In this document: positions 1 through 9,478 of the stretch, one piece after another | How positions within the stretch are numbered: the first letter of the stretch is position 1 | Layout: each line of letters starts with the position of its first letter | Virus record (IMG/VR): IMGVR_UViG_3300023223_001004 | Location: 1-52,622 of that record | Strand: one strand, 5' to 3' | Source: a virus | Lineage: Duplodnaviria; Caudoviricetes | Length of the DNA stretch: 52,622 nt | Notes under the pieces: model-generated | The model's input: the letters and a program-made list of their open reading frames with translations, nothing else | Database searches by the model: none | What the model was told of the DNA's origin: nothing | Position numbers and translations under genes: made by a program

Positions 1-144
1 GTTACGCGAACATCTGTAGTAAATCCTTGAGGCGCTTTGTTGCCAGTACCCTTAATGATATTACGACCCTCGCCTTCAGCAAAAGCAATATTACCATCAG
101 TTAAGATTTCAGCTTCAACATCAAAGCCAGACATCATTAATAAA
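1..144. repeat. Terminal direct repeat, left copy (circular assembly overlap)
   Basis: 1-144 is identical to 52479-52622 and lies inside the capsid gene, which reads in frame across the join. Confidence 0.97.
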
Positions 145-857
145 TCACGGGTTATCGGTACAGTTACCGCTTGACGATGAACAGTTAATTGTTCTGTGCG
201 ATAATTCGATATACTTTCCGATGAGGTTTCACGCTCCCCTTCAAACTGCGCCTGAAGAATAGCGTCCCGCACTGGAATATCTAAAGTTTTACCAGAGATT
301 GTACGCACACGACATACCCCGCGAAGAGGTGATATTTCAACAATTTCGCGCTGCAAGTCATCTTGCTCAGGAGGCATTACTAGAGCGCCCCCTTCACTGT
401 CAGAATCAGTGCGAAGAGTCGCTTTCGTTACACCATTATTAATCCAGTGTTTTAATTCGTGCGGAGTAATATCACCCTTGGCATATGCTGTAAGCTTTTC
501 GTACTCTTCAGTAGACTTCCAGTTAGCTACTGCATTGATATTTCCTTTGCGAGCAATTTCGATTTCCATTTCTTCCATGTGCTCTTGCATTTCTTTCTGC
601 TTCGTTTCAGCTTCAAGAGCAGCAGCAACTGATTGCTGATTTGTTTTTTCGAAGACATCAAGTTTTTTATGAATATCATCGATTTTAGTTTCTTGATCTG
701 CAGTTCGCTTACCGGCTTCTTTCAGTTCGGCAATTGAATCAACTGTTTTGTGCAATTCATCGACTAAGTTTTTAAACTTAGATTCATCGAACTTCCCACC
801 TTCACCTACCGCAGAAGCAATGGCCCTGGGTAGCGTTCTTAATTTAGTTCGTAACAT
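1..857 (-). CDS. Major capsid protein, HK97 family, 5' part (continues across the junction to 52046; about 429 aa in total)
   Basis: Missing from the ORF track. ATG at 857 reads MLRTKLRTLPRAIASAVGEGG, then a coiled-coil delta domain, then ATLRTDSDSEGGALVMPPEQ...EIVEISPLRGVC. In frame with MMSGFDVE at 137 (=52615). Directly follows the protease gene. Confidence 0.93.
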   Translation of the reverse strand, partial: MLRTKLRTLPRAIASAVGEGGKFDESKFKNLVDELHKTVDSIAELKEAGKRTADQETKIDDIHKKLDVFEKTNQQSVAAALEAETKQKEMQEHMEEMEIEIARKGNINAVANWKSTEEYEKLTAYAKGDITPHELKHWINNGVTKATLRTDSDSEGGALVMPPEQDDLQREIVEISPLRGVCRVRTISGKTLDIPVRDAILQAQFEGERETSSESISNYRTEQLTVHRQAVTVPITRDLLMMSGFDVEAEILTDGNIAFAEGEGRNIIKGTGNKAPQGFTTDVRV

Positions 858-859
858 AA

Positions 860-1945
860 CTATTTTCCTGTTAGTTGAGAGTTAATGTTATTCACTACTT
901 CGAGTGCCTTTGTGAAATCAACATCTCGTTGACCTCCAAGATCAACATCTCGTTGCTCCTGTTCCCAGTTCTTAGTAGATTCTACAATAAACTCAGCGCC
1001 TTTACGGGTAAAGCCAACTGAGCGTAAAACTTCTTCCATCTTACGGATAGAGTCGATAGGGCCAAATACGCCCTTAATGTACTCTACATCGAAAGATTTA
1101 GTGAATGGGGACTCAAGCCCCATCTTCTTATAATAAGACTCAACATGATTAATAACGGCTGGTCTATCGGTATCTGGTATGTTAACTCCGCCTCTTGCAC
1201 CTTGTAATGCACCAGCAGCTGCAAATATTCCACGCGGTACGGCTACCATACGACCATCGACTATATCAACAAATGGGAGTTTATAAGATCCAAATTCTTC
1301 TGCATTCTCACGGTCATACCAAAAAAATGCATCTTTATATGAAGCGTTAGGGGATTCAGTCGATCCGGTAAATTCTCGGACTCGACCATCTGCAGCATCA
1401 CTGTCCCATGACATTTCTCTACTGGCTAAAGGTAAGTCCTGAAATGTTGTCGCTGTTTTCATGCCAGTTACTACAGCTAACGGATTAGCAGGAATAGGTA
1501 CTAACGATATTTCCCATAACTTCAGCTTCTCGATTATGCGTCTACCTGCTTCCATTATTTGATCAATAATACTAAAGCCAATAGACATAGCTTTAAGTGA
1601 CCCAATCTTCATTTGAGGGATAACTCTACCTCTCACAAGGTCGTCTGATTTTGGTAACTTTCCTTTAACAAACAAACCTTCAGGGGTTACTTCAAATGAA
1701 ATAAAAATACCGATAGGCTCACTCATATCGTGAACCCATAATAATGGAGGGCTTTCAGATCTGATTTCTGCTATATCAAAAGCGCCTTGCTTAATAATAT
1801 CTCCATCACGATCAACATTACCGAATGTAGAAGCCAACCCTTCAAAGAAGAAAAAATCAGGATCGCTGTCGTCGATTTGCTTTATTTCAAAAGGTATAAC
1901 CTTTTTGCATAAGTGTTGTGGTGATTTAGTGAAATAATTTCGCAT
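860..1945 (-). CDS. HK97-type prohead protease with C-terminal extension domain
   Basis: FEGLASTFGNVDRDGDII, LLWVHD, MSIGF and LWEISLVPIPANPLA motifs. Start moved to ATG 1945 to avoid overlap with the upstream gene. Confidence 0.92.
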   Translation of the reverse strand: MRNYFTKSPQHLCKKVIPFEIKQIDDSDPDFFFFEGLASTFGNVDRDGDIIKQGAFDIAEIRSESPPLLWVHDMSEPIGIFISFEVTPEGLFVKGKLPKSDDLVRGRVIPQMKIGSLKAMSIGFSIIDQIMEAGRRIIEKLKLWEISLVPIPANPLAVVTGMKTATTFQDLPLASREMSWDSDAADGRVREFTGSTESPNASYKDAFFWYDRENAEEFGSYKLPFVDIVDGRMVAVPRGIFAAAGALQGARGGVNIPDTDRPAVINHVESYYKKMGLESPFTKSFDVEYIKGVFGPIDSIRKMEEVLRSVGFTRKGAEFIVESTKNWEQEQRDVDLGGQRDVDFTKALEVVNNINSQLTGK

Positions 1946-1967
1946 AGCAATACCTTTGAAATTTATA

Positions 1968-2732
1968 TTATCCATAATAAGCTGAACACCGACACTTTGC
2001 AACATTGTCAATGGTAGCCCCTTGGCTTGTATCACCTGGGAACATTAATGATTGATTCTGTACTATAAACGGCTTATTAGTTGGTACACGTTGTTTATTA
2101 GCCGCCAAATGTGAGTCACGCTGCTTGCCATCAACAATAGTTGTCCAATCTTTGGTTAATGTAGAAGCCGGCTGATGTACAACACTGACCACAAATGGAA
2201 TTAAACCTCCAACTACTTCGGCCTCTGTTAATTTCGTGACTTCAGCTGAGTTCTGAGTTTCAGTTAATCCAATAGTAACTGCTCTCACGTCAAATCTCTT
2301 TTGTAAAATATTACCGGCAACTAGCGCTATATTGGTTGGGTTAACTTCCACGCCCTCTTCTTGAAGCGATGTCATAGCCCCGCTGACAGCTTTGACCAAT
2401 TGATTTTGATTTGTTTCAGTAATAATCTGAGATTGCTCTAACGCTCTCCGTGTGAACCAAGGAAGAAGTGCGGCATCTATCTCATCGTCAGTTTGATCTT
2501 TCCTAAGACTACGTTTGAATTTATTTGATACCTCAAAATAGTGTGTATTAAGAGCGTCATTAAAATCATCCCGGTAAGATGAAGCTATTATAATGCTATT
2601 GGTCTTGACATATTCTCTTTTGAAATCACGTATCATACCATCGAAGATATTTGACACCGTTCTTTGTAAGGATTTTTCAAGGGTTAGCTTCTTGGCTAAA
2701 TCCTGCCTAGCTTGTTTAATCGGTGTCGTCAT
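1968..2732 (-). CDS. Head morphogenesis / minor capsid protein (Mu gpF, SPP1 gp7-like)
   Basis: C-terminal KDWTTIVDGKQRDSH...FPGD...KCRCS motif; lies between portal and protease. Confidence 0.88.
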   Translation of the reverse strand: MTTPIKQARQDLAKKLTLEKSLQRTVSNIFDGMIRDFKREYVKTNSIIIASSYRDDFNDALNTHYFEVSNKFKRSLRKDQTDDEIDAALLPWFTRRALEQSQIITETNQNQLVKAVSGAMTSLQEEGVEVNPTNIALVAGNILQKRFDVRAVTIGLTETQNSAEVTKLTEAEVVGGLIPFVVSVVHQPASTLTKDWTTIVDGKQRDSHLAANKQRVPTNKPFIVQNQSLMFPGDTSQGATIDNVAKCRCSAYYG

Positions 2733-4023
2733 CGAATACTCTTGGATTAGTTAAATCTTCATCTGAAGCTACCGGTAACATTGTCGCAGGCTTGTAAAGT
2801 GAATCAGCACCTTCTGAAAGTGGCTCTCTACCAAGTAATCCACGTATCTCGTTATCAGTCTCAACATTCAAATCTTTCCTAGTCTTAAGCTGATTGAGGC
2901 GTCTGGTTTGCAATGCTTCAATACTGTCTTCGTCAATACCTAACCTGAACACACTTGGATCAAGACCATATCTTGATATAAGCATTCTACTTAAGTTACC
3001 GTATATTTTTTTAGTTAATGGCAATACAGCATCATCATAGAGGGCTAATTTAGCTTCTGATTTATTATTGAATGTCGAACTTCCTTGATTAGCAAACTCA
3101 AGCGGTACTTTATAGATACCATATATTGATTCTTTACTTAGCATTCTGAGATTGACAAAATCCATATCTTTGTTTGATGTACCGAATTCTTTAAGATCCA
3201 TATCTTCAGCATCTACTACACCAATCTGAGCACCGCTAGTTCCACCAAATTGGGCCATTATTCGATTCTTAATGGTCTGGAAGTCTTCATCTCCAAGTTG
3301 TGTCTTGACGTTAAACACTAGTGATAAACGCCCACCCTTCTCAAGCATGTTGTTGTTATGCTTATGACCTAAAATCTGTTGGCGAATATCATCTGCTGCT
3401 ATACCGAGTAATGATTGACCACGAACTGCTGAATTCTCCCGGGTAGAAAACCCTCTTGCCTGATATAAGTTGGTTAAATTATCCCTTTGGTAGGTGACAG
3501 AGCCTTTAACATTCTTTCTATTATAGTTACCTGACCCTATTACATCTGATATAGATATGCTGGTAGTAAACCCATCACCACCCCTCACTACAGACATATG
3601 GCGAGGACTTAATGGGATTAGTTCAAGTGGTGGCTTTTCTAAACGTCCAATAGCAAGAACATAAAACTCATCTGTAACGAGATAGTTTGTAGCCAGATTC
3701 TTCTTGAAAAGTTGGCTGTCATAATCACGAGAAGGATTATTCAACAGATCAAGAATAGGATGATCTTTAATAATAATATCAACACCATCTTTCTTTTCAA
3801 TCAATACGGGTTCTATCTGAGCAAACTGTTCTGATATTAATTCTATTGGGGATGCTACAGCTGAAGAGTTTTCATAAAAGAAAATAGCTTTACTTGGAGG
3901 AATAGAAGTGCCAGCAAATGATAAAAAAGAGCTTGTGAGCTCATCAAAGTTAACAACTGTGGTGGCGCTCTTAGATTCTTCTGGGGCAAATAGCTTTGCT
4001 ATAGCTTTATGGATTAGATTCAT
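2716..4023 (-). CDS. Portal protein, HK97 family
   Basis: HPILDLLNNPS, DMDFVNLR, IYGIYKVP, STFNNKSEA and NEIRGLLGREPL motifs; size and position fit. Confidence 0.93.
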   Translation of the reverse strand: MNLIHKAIAKLFAPEESKSATTVVNFDELTSSFLSFAGTSIPPSKAIFFYENSSAVASPIELISEQFAQIEPVLIEKKDGVDIIIKDHPILDLLNNPSRDYDSQLFKKNLATNYLVTDEFYVLAIGRLEKPPLELIPLSPRHMSVVRGGDGFTTSISISDVIGSGNYNRKNVKGSVTYQRDNLTNLYQARGFSTRENSAVRGQSLLGIAADDIRQQILGHKHNNNMLEKGGRLSLVFNVKTQLGDEDFQTIKNRIMAQFGGTSGAQIGVVDAEDMDLKEFGTSNKDMDFVNLRMLSKESIYGIYKVPLEFANQGSSTFNNKSEAKLALYDDAVLPLTKKIYGNLSRMLISRYGLDPSVFRLGIDEDSIEALQTRRLNQLKTRKDLNVETDNEIRGLLGREPLSEGADSLYKPATMLPVASDEDLTNPRVFDDDTD

Positions 4024-4093
4024 TATGGAGCCCGAAATTTATACCAATTTTAAGTTTACCAGATAATTAAACTATTTAAACCATAACAATTCT

Positions 4094-4133
4094 CACTGGT
4101 CTAATCTGTTTATCATAATTTATGTGCAATAGT
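4094..4133 (+). promoter_or_regulatory. FadR-like box promoter 1
   Basis: CACTGGTCTAATCTGTT (4094-4110), 17 nt spacer ending TGTGC, then AATAGT; upstream of ORF 4157. Confidence 0.85.
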
Positions 4134-4156
4134 TAAATCTCACAAACGAATAGGGA

Positions 4157-4552
4157 ATGAAAATGGACATAAACGATCTAACAATTGGTCAAGCTAAAGA
4201 ATTATCATCAATGTTTGGTGGTCAAAGTCAGTTGGTTTCGGCTGGAATTTTAATAGACGCTATCGGCAAGTATGTAATTGTGCGAAGCAGAAATGAAGGT
4301 ATTAATGCGGGAATATTAAAGGCTGCTGATGATACAGGATGTGTTTTATCTGATGCCAAAAGGGTTTGGTATCATAAGCCAAAGGATAGTAAAACTTCTT
4401 GGTATGAAGGAGTAGCTAAAAGTGGGTTGGATGATAGTTCTAAGATATCTTGCTCTGTGTCTGAAAAATATATCATTGAAGATTACTCGATAACCGTATG
4501 TACTGATGAAGCAAGGGAGTCGATTTGTGGGATGAAGTCTCATGAAAGTTAA
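4157..4552 (+). CDS. Small phage protein, DUF6948-like
   Basis: IGKYVIVRSRNEGINAGIL...AKRVWYH motif recalled from phage proteins that accompany G-D-G-Y-G repeats. Confidence 0.65.
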   Translation: MKMDINDLTIGQAKELSSMFGGQSQLVSAGILIDAIGKYVIVRSRNEGINAGILKAADDTGCVLSDAKRVWYHKPKDSKTSWYEGVAKSGLDDSSKISCSVSEKYIIEDYSITVCTDEARESICGMKSHES

Positions 4553-4790
4553 CTCAATAAAGCAAAACTGGAATGGCTATGGCTCTGGCGATGGCGATGG
4601 CTCTGGCTATGGCGATGGCTATGGCTCTGGCTATGGCGATGGCGATGGCGATGGCTCTGGCTATGGCGATGGCTATGGCTCTGGCTATGGCGATGGCTAT
4701 GGCGATGGCTCTGGCTATGGCGATGGCTATGGCTCTGGCTATGGCGATGGCTATGGCTATGGCTATGGCTCTGGCTCTGGCTATGGGTGA
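4542..4790 (+). CDS. Glycine-rich (G-[YSD])n repeat protein
   Basis: Short non-repetitive N-terminus followed by strictly alternating Gly-X; start overlaps the end of the upstream gene. Confidence 0.7.
   Translation: MKVNSIKQNWNGYGSGDGDGSGYGDGYGSGYGDGDGDGSGYGDGYGSGYGDGYGDGSGYGDGYGSGYGDGYGYGYGSGSGYG
4575..4784 (+). repeat. Tandem hexamer repeat GGC(TAT/TCT/GAT)
   Basis: Directly visible; about 210 bp made of three hexamer variants. Confidence 0.97.
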
Positions 4791-4854
4791 ATAAAAAATT
4801 TCTAGGCCGAAATAAATCGGCGTGACTTTCCAGTCCACATAAACACTAAAACAA

Positions 4855-4885
4855 GACGAAAATAACTATTATGGTTATTTTCGTC
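4855..4885. terminator. Hairpin between convergent genes, probable bidirectional terminator
   Basis: 12-bp inverted repeat GACGAAAATAAC / GTTATTTTCGTC. Confidence 0.65.
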
Positions 4886-4886
4886 A

Positions 4887-6143
4887 TTATATGAACTCGA
4901 AGTTTACACCAGTTTTAAGTTTGCCAGATAATTCGAGGAGAGCATACACGCCTGCATCTAATCTATTTGGAGAGTAAGTAGATGTGAGTGGTACATATTC
5001 TTGATATTCCTCTTCTAATTTATCTAGCCCATCGGCATGGCGAACTAATCCCTGTTCGTATAAAGCACTTATCGGTTCTGCACGAGCATATTTCCCTTGC
5101 TTGGCATGAACTTTAATTATTTTACCTTTAAACCCCTTGCCCCGCAAGATGGTCTCTATCATATCACCACCTTGATTGGTTTCAACTACAATCGCGGCGG
5201 CATTATATTCGTCGTATGAGTCCATTGCAATTTGAGCCCATTTGTTTGGACTAGCCACTGCACTAAGGTCTTTATCTACAGAAAGAGACTTATCTTCATA
5301 CCGTGAAGCGACAACAATACCACACTCATCAGAATCTTCATGTGCAGTCGTTGATGGATCAACAGCAACTACCGTCCTAACCCTTGGACCCTTGTTCTCA
5401 ACTAGCTTGCATTGGATTATCATATCATAATCCCAAAGCGCTCCTTCTACGTCAGTCGAAAACTTACCAAGTTTAAATCTTTCTCGTTCTCTTTTTGATA
5501 GCGTGTCTAATAGTTCTTCATAATCTTCTGATATATTTTCCTTGTTGTCTTCTGGATTCATCGTAACGTAAGGAATTTTTTTCTTTAATGGATCCCCATC
5601 TATCGGATTAACGCCCTCGATGAAATATTTATATGTCCAGTGTTTTTTAGATGGTGGATTAAAGTCATACCATAACCGGTTAACTAACCCTGTCTTTTGT
5701 GCCAATCTGGTTTTAAGCATATTGACCGCGGCGAAATCTACCTGGGATGCTTCATTAATATAAATGGTCGCATATTCGTTGCCGAGTATTTTCTCCATTC
5801 TATCTTTTGAATCTATACCACCAAACCAAACTTGAGCGCCATTTGATGCTTCTAAAAACCAATCCTGTTTATTTTCCTTCCATACCAAGTCAGGGTTTAA
5901 CATCTTGGAAACTTTCTTCCAAGTGTCATACCAAACTGATTGTTTTACGTGGTTGAATCTTAATCGAACTATGAGGTGTCTTGAATCAGGTTCTTTTAAT
6001 GCCCGTAGCATGATGGCAAGACAAATGATTGCTGTCTTACCGGAGCGTCCACCACCTAACAAAGCGGCTTCCACTCCCTTGGAAAGTATTTTTATTGCTT
6101 CACGTTGCTTATCTGTCTTTTTGAATGTCCTGGTACATGGCAT
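4887..6143 (-). CDS. terL: Terminase large subunit
   Basis: Walker A GGGRSGKT, Walker B IYINEASQ, FNPP motif, nuclease motifs VAVDPS and PNRLDA. Confidence 0.95.
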   Translation of the reverse strand: MPCTRTFKKTDKQREAIKILSKGVEAALLGGGRSGKTAIICLAIMLRALKEPDSRHLIVRLRFNHVKQSVWYDTWKKVSKMLNPDLVWKENKQDWFLEASNGAQVWFGGIDSKDRMEKILGNEYATIYINEASQVDFAAVNMLKTRLAQKTGLVNRLWYDFNPPSKKHWTYKYFIEGVNPIDGDPLKKKIPYVTMNPEDNKENISEDYEELLDTLSKRERERFKLGKFSTDVEGALWDYDMIIQCKLVENKGPRVRTVVAVDPSTTAHEDSDECGIVVASRYEDKSLSVDKDLSAVASPNKWAQIAMDSYDEYNAAAIVVETNQGGDMIETILRGKGFKGKIIKVHAKQGKYARAEPISALYEQGLVRHADGLDKLEEEYQEYVPLTSTYSPNRLDAGVYALLELSGKLKTGVNFEFI

Positions 6144-6147
6144 TTTA

Positions 6148-6342
6148 TTATTTAAGTTCTAGCTTACGAGGAGTAGCTAAATGTTTTACGGAAGGAATAT
6201 AAAATCTTTTACAAAAAAACATCACGGCAGGCTCGTTAATTTTAACACTCTCAGTATCAATACAATAAAAAGGGCATTTATCAAGTACTGATTGAACCTT
6301 GGATAACCACTCTGTTTGCTTTTTATTATAAATCTTCTTCAT
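6148..6342 (-). CDS. Hypothetical protein between terS and terL
   Basis: 3' part of track ORF 6148-6474 from internal ATG (MKKIYNKK) fills the gap. Confidence 0.5.
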   Translation of the reverse strand: MKKIYNKKQTEWLSKVQSVLDKCPFYCIDTESVKINEPAVMFFCKRFYIPSVKHLATPRKLELK

Positions 6343-6790
6343 CTTTAGCCTGTACAACTTCCACTGTAGATACTGCGGTTTCTTGTTTATCGACAAGGCC
6401 CAAATCTCTGGCAATGATGTTAGGGTTAAGGAGTCCAGCGCTTGCACCTTCGAACTTCTGAGTTTTGATAACATTCTTAATTTTTTTTATGACACGGGAA
6501 AAATCTTTTCCTTCATCTGTATCTAAATTGAGATCCGATTCAAATTTAGTTAAGTATTCTGGGTGAGTATCAATGAATATACAAAGCCCTGAGATAGTCA
6601 TAGCTCGCATTAAATTCTTTTTACCCGTTACCGCACCTTGAAACACAATTGAGTCTGTGAGCGGGTTATCATGCGCCCATGTGAAGTATTCTGTTGCGGC
6701 ATTCCACATGTCTTCAGCTGTTGCGAATATCTTCTTTCTTCCATGTGTTGCTCTTGCTTCCCAGAACTTATTATTTTTAGGAGCGCCCAA
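6326..6790 (-). CDS. terS: Terminase small subunit, P22 gp3-like
   Basis: MGAPKNNKFWEARATHGR and LLNPNIIARDLGLVDK closely resemble P22 gp3; TTG start with GAGG RBS. Confidence 0.92.
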   Translation of the reverse strand: MGAPKNNKFWEARATHGRKKIFATAEDMWNAATEYFTWAHDNPLTDSIVFQGAVTGKKNLMRAMTISGLCIFIDTHPEYLTKFESDLNLDTDEGKDFSRVIKKIKNVIKTQKFEGASAGLLNPNIIARDLGLVDKQETAVSTVEVVQAKDEEDL

Positions 6791-6855
6791 TTGAACCTCG
6801 TTGATTAATTAAATTGATATCGTAACGCAACTATACCTTTCTAATCCATAAAAGT

Positions 6856-6881
6856 AAAAAAGCCCCTCTAAATTGAGGGGC
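6856..6881 (-). terminator. Intrinsic terminator ending the leftward early region
   Basis: GCCCCTC-loop-GAGGGGC followed by a T6 run on the minus strand. Confidence 0.85.
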
Positions 6882-6973
6882 AAACGATGCTTGGGAACAT
6901 CTATATTGTAACACACTTAATATTGGAAACATGTTAACAATAGTTTAACAAATACTATAAATCAAATTATTCG

Positions 6974-7168
6974 TTAATCTATCTTTTCAGCGATGTCTGA
7001 TAAGTTGTTATAAAACCAACCCGCCTTAAATGGTGAATATTCTAATTCAACCATATCACCATTCACAGATGTACAAACTACAATATTGCCCTCAACTAAA
7101 TCAACACCGCTAAAGTACCCTACAAGAGTAGTATCCTTTGTTAGTATCCAATCTCCAAGCGTGTCCAT
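6974..7168 (-). CDS. Hypothetical protein
   Basis: ORF with GAGGA RBS in a co-oriented gene string. Confidence 0.7.
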   Translation of the reverse strand: MDTLGDWILTKDTTLVGYFSGVDLVEGNIVVCTSVNGDMVELEYSPFKAGWFYNNLSDIAEKID

Positions 7169-7184
7169 AAATAAATTCCTCGTA

Positions 7185-7586
7185 TCATTCAGTAAAATAA
7201 GTACAGTCTATTTTGTATAAGGGCACTTGAGTTTTCCTCATTTCTTCATTGGATTTACCATAGTGAGGGTATTGAGAACACATTCCAGGTCTATTTTCAT
7301 AATCCGAACAACCAACTCCATTGAAGTTTCTACATAGGAAATAAGATTGTTTATTACCAGCTAATTTAACTAAATGAGGATTGATTTTCTTTGCTCTACG
7401 CTTGCTTATCTTAATAAGTAAGTGATGGATACGGTTTTCTTGATGCAATAATTCATCACAGTTTTTGTATCCATACCTTCTGGTGTACGATTGCCACTCT
7501 CGTAATGATTTATCTTCAAGTACAGATAATACTTCGCAACATTTACTGCATCGAGCTCCATTTATTAAGCAGTGTTCTTTACTCAT
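7185..7586 (-). CDS. YkgJ-like CxxCxxCC cysteine-cluster protein
   Basis: CSKCCE...C...GCSDYENRPGMCSQYP motif. Confidence 0.75.
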   Translation of the reverse strand: MSKEHCLINGARCSKCCEVLSVLEDKSLREWQSYTRRYGYKNCDELLHQENRIHHLLIKISKRRAKKINPHLVKLAGNKQSYFLCRNFNGVGCSDYENRPGMCSQYPHYGKSNEEMRKTQVPLYKIDCTYFTE

Positions 7587-7590
7587 TATC

Positions 7591-7965
7591 TTACGTTTTA
7601 ACTAGGGTGTAACCTGCATTGGCTAGAACCGCCTTTACACCTCCCCAATCTTCCACAAAGTCTCCAGCCTGAGAACTCCATAGGCGAATCTCAAAACTAT
7701 CCCAGTCCTGAATTTCATCTGTTCCTATCTCTTCAGGCCAGCATGATTTAATTTCTGGCTTGTCTACTACTTGCGTAGACTGTAATTTCTTTTCCAAACA
7801 CTCAATACGTTCACATGCAAATAAAACCATATCTGGACAGCCAGTTAATGCACCTACCTTGAAGTTATTACCTTCAATCATTAACCCATTCGCTGTAGAT
7901 GCGACTGTGGCCATTTGTTGCATTTTTTCTAAGGTGTAATCACCTTCAGCCTTTACGATTTCCAT
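7591..7965 (-). CDS. Hypothetical protein
   Basis: ORF with RBS, tight gene packing. Confidence 0.7.
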   Translation of the reverse strand: MEIVKAEGDYTLEKMQQMATVASTANGLMIEGNNFKVGALTGCPDMVLFACERIECLEKKLQSTQVVDKPEIKSCWPEEIGTDEIQDWDSFEIRLWSSQAGDFVEDWGGVKAVLANAGYTLVKT

Positions 7966-7984
7966 AATTTCTTATTCCTCGTTG

Positions 7985-8245
7985 TTATTTACTGTAATTC
8001 TTTGGACTAACACATATATGTTTCATTGATTCATGGTTAGTGTTATGAATATTCCCAATCGGGCAATCGTCACAATACGTTGAATCAATTTCACTGATTC
8101 GACTATATACACGATCATGAATGCATGTAAATTGACTTTGCTTTAGTATTAATTTTCTCGCAGTCTCTAACGCCTCATTTCTTTCTTGAATCATTTTTAC
8201 TGGTGTAAGCGCGTCATATTCTGACTGAGTTAATATATATTGCAT
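7985..8245 (-). CDS. Hypothetical Cys-containing phage protein
   Basis: MQYILTQSEY...YCDDCPI...C...YSK pattern; tight gene packing. Confidence 0.7.
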   Translation of the reverse strand: MQYILTQSEYDALTPVKMIQERNEALETARKLILKQSQFTCIHDRVYSRISEIDSTYCDDCPIGNIHNTNHESMKHICVSPKNYSK

Positions 8246-8262
8246 GAATCATATCTTCCTAT

Positions 8263-8478
8263 TTAATTTAACGGTTGGTCCCAAGGCATATACTCACCCT
8301 TTGCAGATTGGTGTAGGCAATAATCTAAAGTGTTACTGATAGTAACCATTCTAGATTTGCAATAGTTTAAAAGATTAATTTGGAAATCGTCTAAATCTAA
8401 CTCTGGATTGATATAGAGTATCCTATCGATTTTATCTTGGCGTTCCCGAGACATTCTAACCCATACAGAATCAATCAT
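8263..8478 (-). CDS. Hypothetical protein
   Basis: ORF with GAGGAG RBS. Confidence 0.65.
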   Translation of the reverse strand: MIDSVWVRMSRERQDKIDRILYINPELDLDDFQINLLNYCKSRMVTISNTLDYCLHQSAKGEYMPWDQPLN

Positions 8479-8658
8479 TCGCTCACTCCTCTACAGTCTT
8501 TGTTTGCTTTGCAACGCTAGGGTATTTGGCCTCAACATCAAATATTTTTTGAATATCCACATGGCATCTTTCAGCTGGAGTATTCCCATTTGCAAATAAA
8601 CTTCTTATGAAAAGTGCTATCGATGTTTTAAGTATTTTTTCCGACATCCGTCTTATTC

Positions 8659-9396
8659 CTATGCTACTTTTCCGGCAGTTTGAACGTCATTTAAACGTTG
8701 TTCTGCAGTTAAATATATGGAAGGTGTTTTCTCCATACCAATGAAATCTCGACCAGTTAAATAAGATGCCTCCCCAGTCGAGCCACTACCCATTGTATTA
8801 TCCAAAACTTTCTGACCAGGGACAGTGTATGTCAGGATCATGTTTATCAGTAAATCGATAGGTTTTTGATTTGAGTGTAAACGGTCTTTATTTGGGACAG
8901 GAGCGTAACGAAGAACAGAGCGAGGATGCCTGTCTGTATTCCCACCTCCTGAAGTAACTCTTTCAGCACCACCGTAACATTCACCAGACTTTCGAGTGTA
9001 AAAGCTATTTACTGGCTTATGTCCAGCTGTCTTTTGTGGGTTATATGTTGGTAGTTTTTTATAGAATACACAGATATTTTCGTGTGCTTGTAATGGCATT
9101 TTACTGGCATTTAAATGACCAGTTGCCCGTGACTTTTCCCATATCCAATCATAACGGTACATAGACAAATTACTACAGGCTAACACCTTGTCGAATGGAG
9201 GTTTAGCAAATAGAACTATGGCGCCGCTGTCTTTCACAATGCGATTGTATTGCTTCCACAACTCAGGCATATCAATCACCTTGTCCCATTTCTGGCGAGT
9301 CGTGCCAAAAGGAAGATCAGCAAGCACCATGTCAATACTATTACTTGGTAAATCATCCATTAACTCTAGGCAATTACCTTGCTGCAAATCGATCAC
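8659..9396 (-). CDS. Orphan DNA N6-adenine/N4-cytosine methyltransferase (beta class)
   Basis: Catalytic motif variant DLPF near the N-terminus, HSNQKP, SAM motif VLDNTMGSGSTG; no cognate restriction enzyme seen. Confidence 0.92.
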   Translation of the reverse strand: MIDLQQGNCLELMDDLPSNSIDMVLADLPFGTTRQKWDKVIDMPELWKQYNRIVKDSGAIVLFAKPPFDKVLACSNLSMYRYDWIWEKSRATGHLNASKMPLQAHENICVFYKKLPTYNPQKTAGHKPVNSFYTRKSGECYGGAERVTSGGGNTDRHPRSVLRYAPVPNKDRLHSNQKPIDLLINMILTYTVPGQKVLDNTMGSGSTGEASYLTGRDFIGMEKTPSIYLTAEQRLNDVQTAGKVA

Positions 9397-9435
9397 TTTC
9401 TTATTCCTGTATCACTTAATTAATTTTGAATGTTA

Positions 9436-9475
9436 ATTATACATCAGGTTTATTAGTTAAGTGGTCTGATGAGTT
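9436..9475 (-). promoter_or_regulatory. FadR-like box promoter 2 (methylase)
   Basis: AACTCATCAGACCACTT (9475-9459), 17 nt, then perfect TATAAT. Confidence 0.75.
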
Positions 9476-9478
9476 AAT

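Noticed and set aside
1-144. 144-bp end repeat as a biological terminal repeat
   Set aside because: It falls in the middle of the capsid gene, as expected for assembler circular overlap
409-639. Track ORF 409-639 (+)
   Set aside because: Antisense shadow of the capsid gene
4554-4838. ORFs 4554-4838 (-) poly-AI/AR and 4573-4794 (+) poly-AM
   Set aside because: Alternate frames of the hexamer repeat, open only because the repeat lacks stop codons
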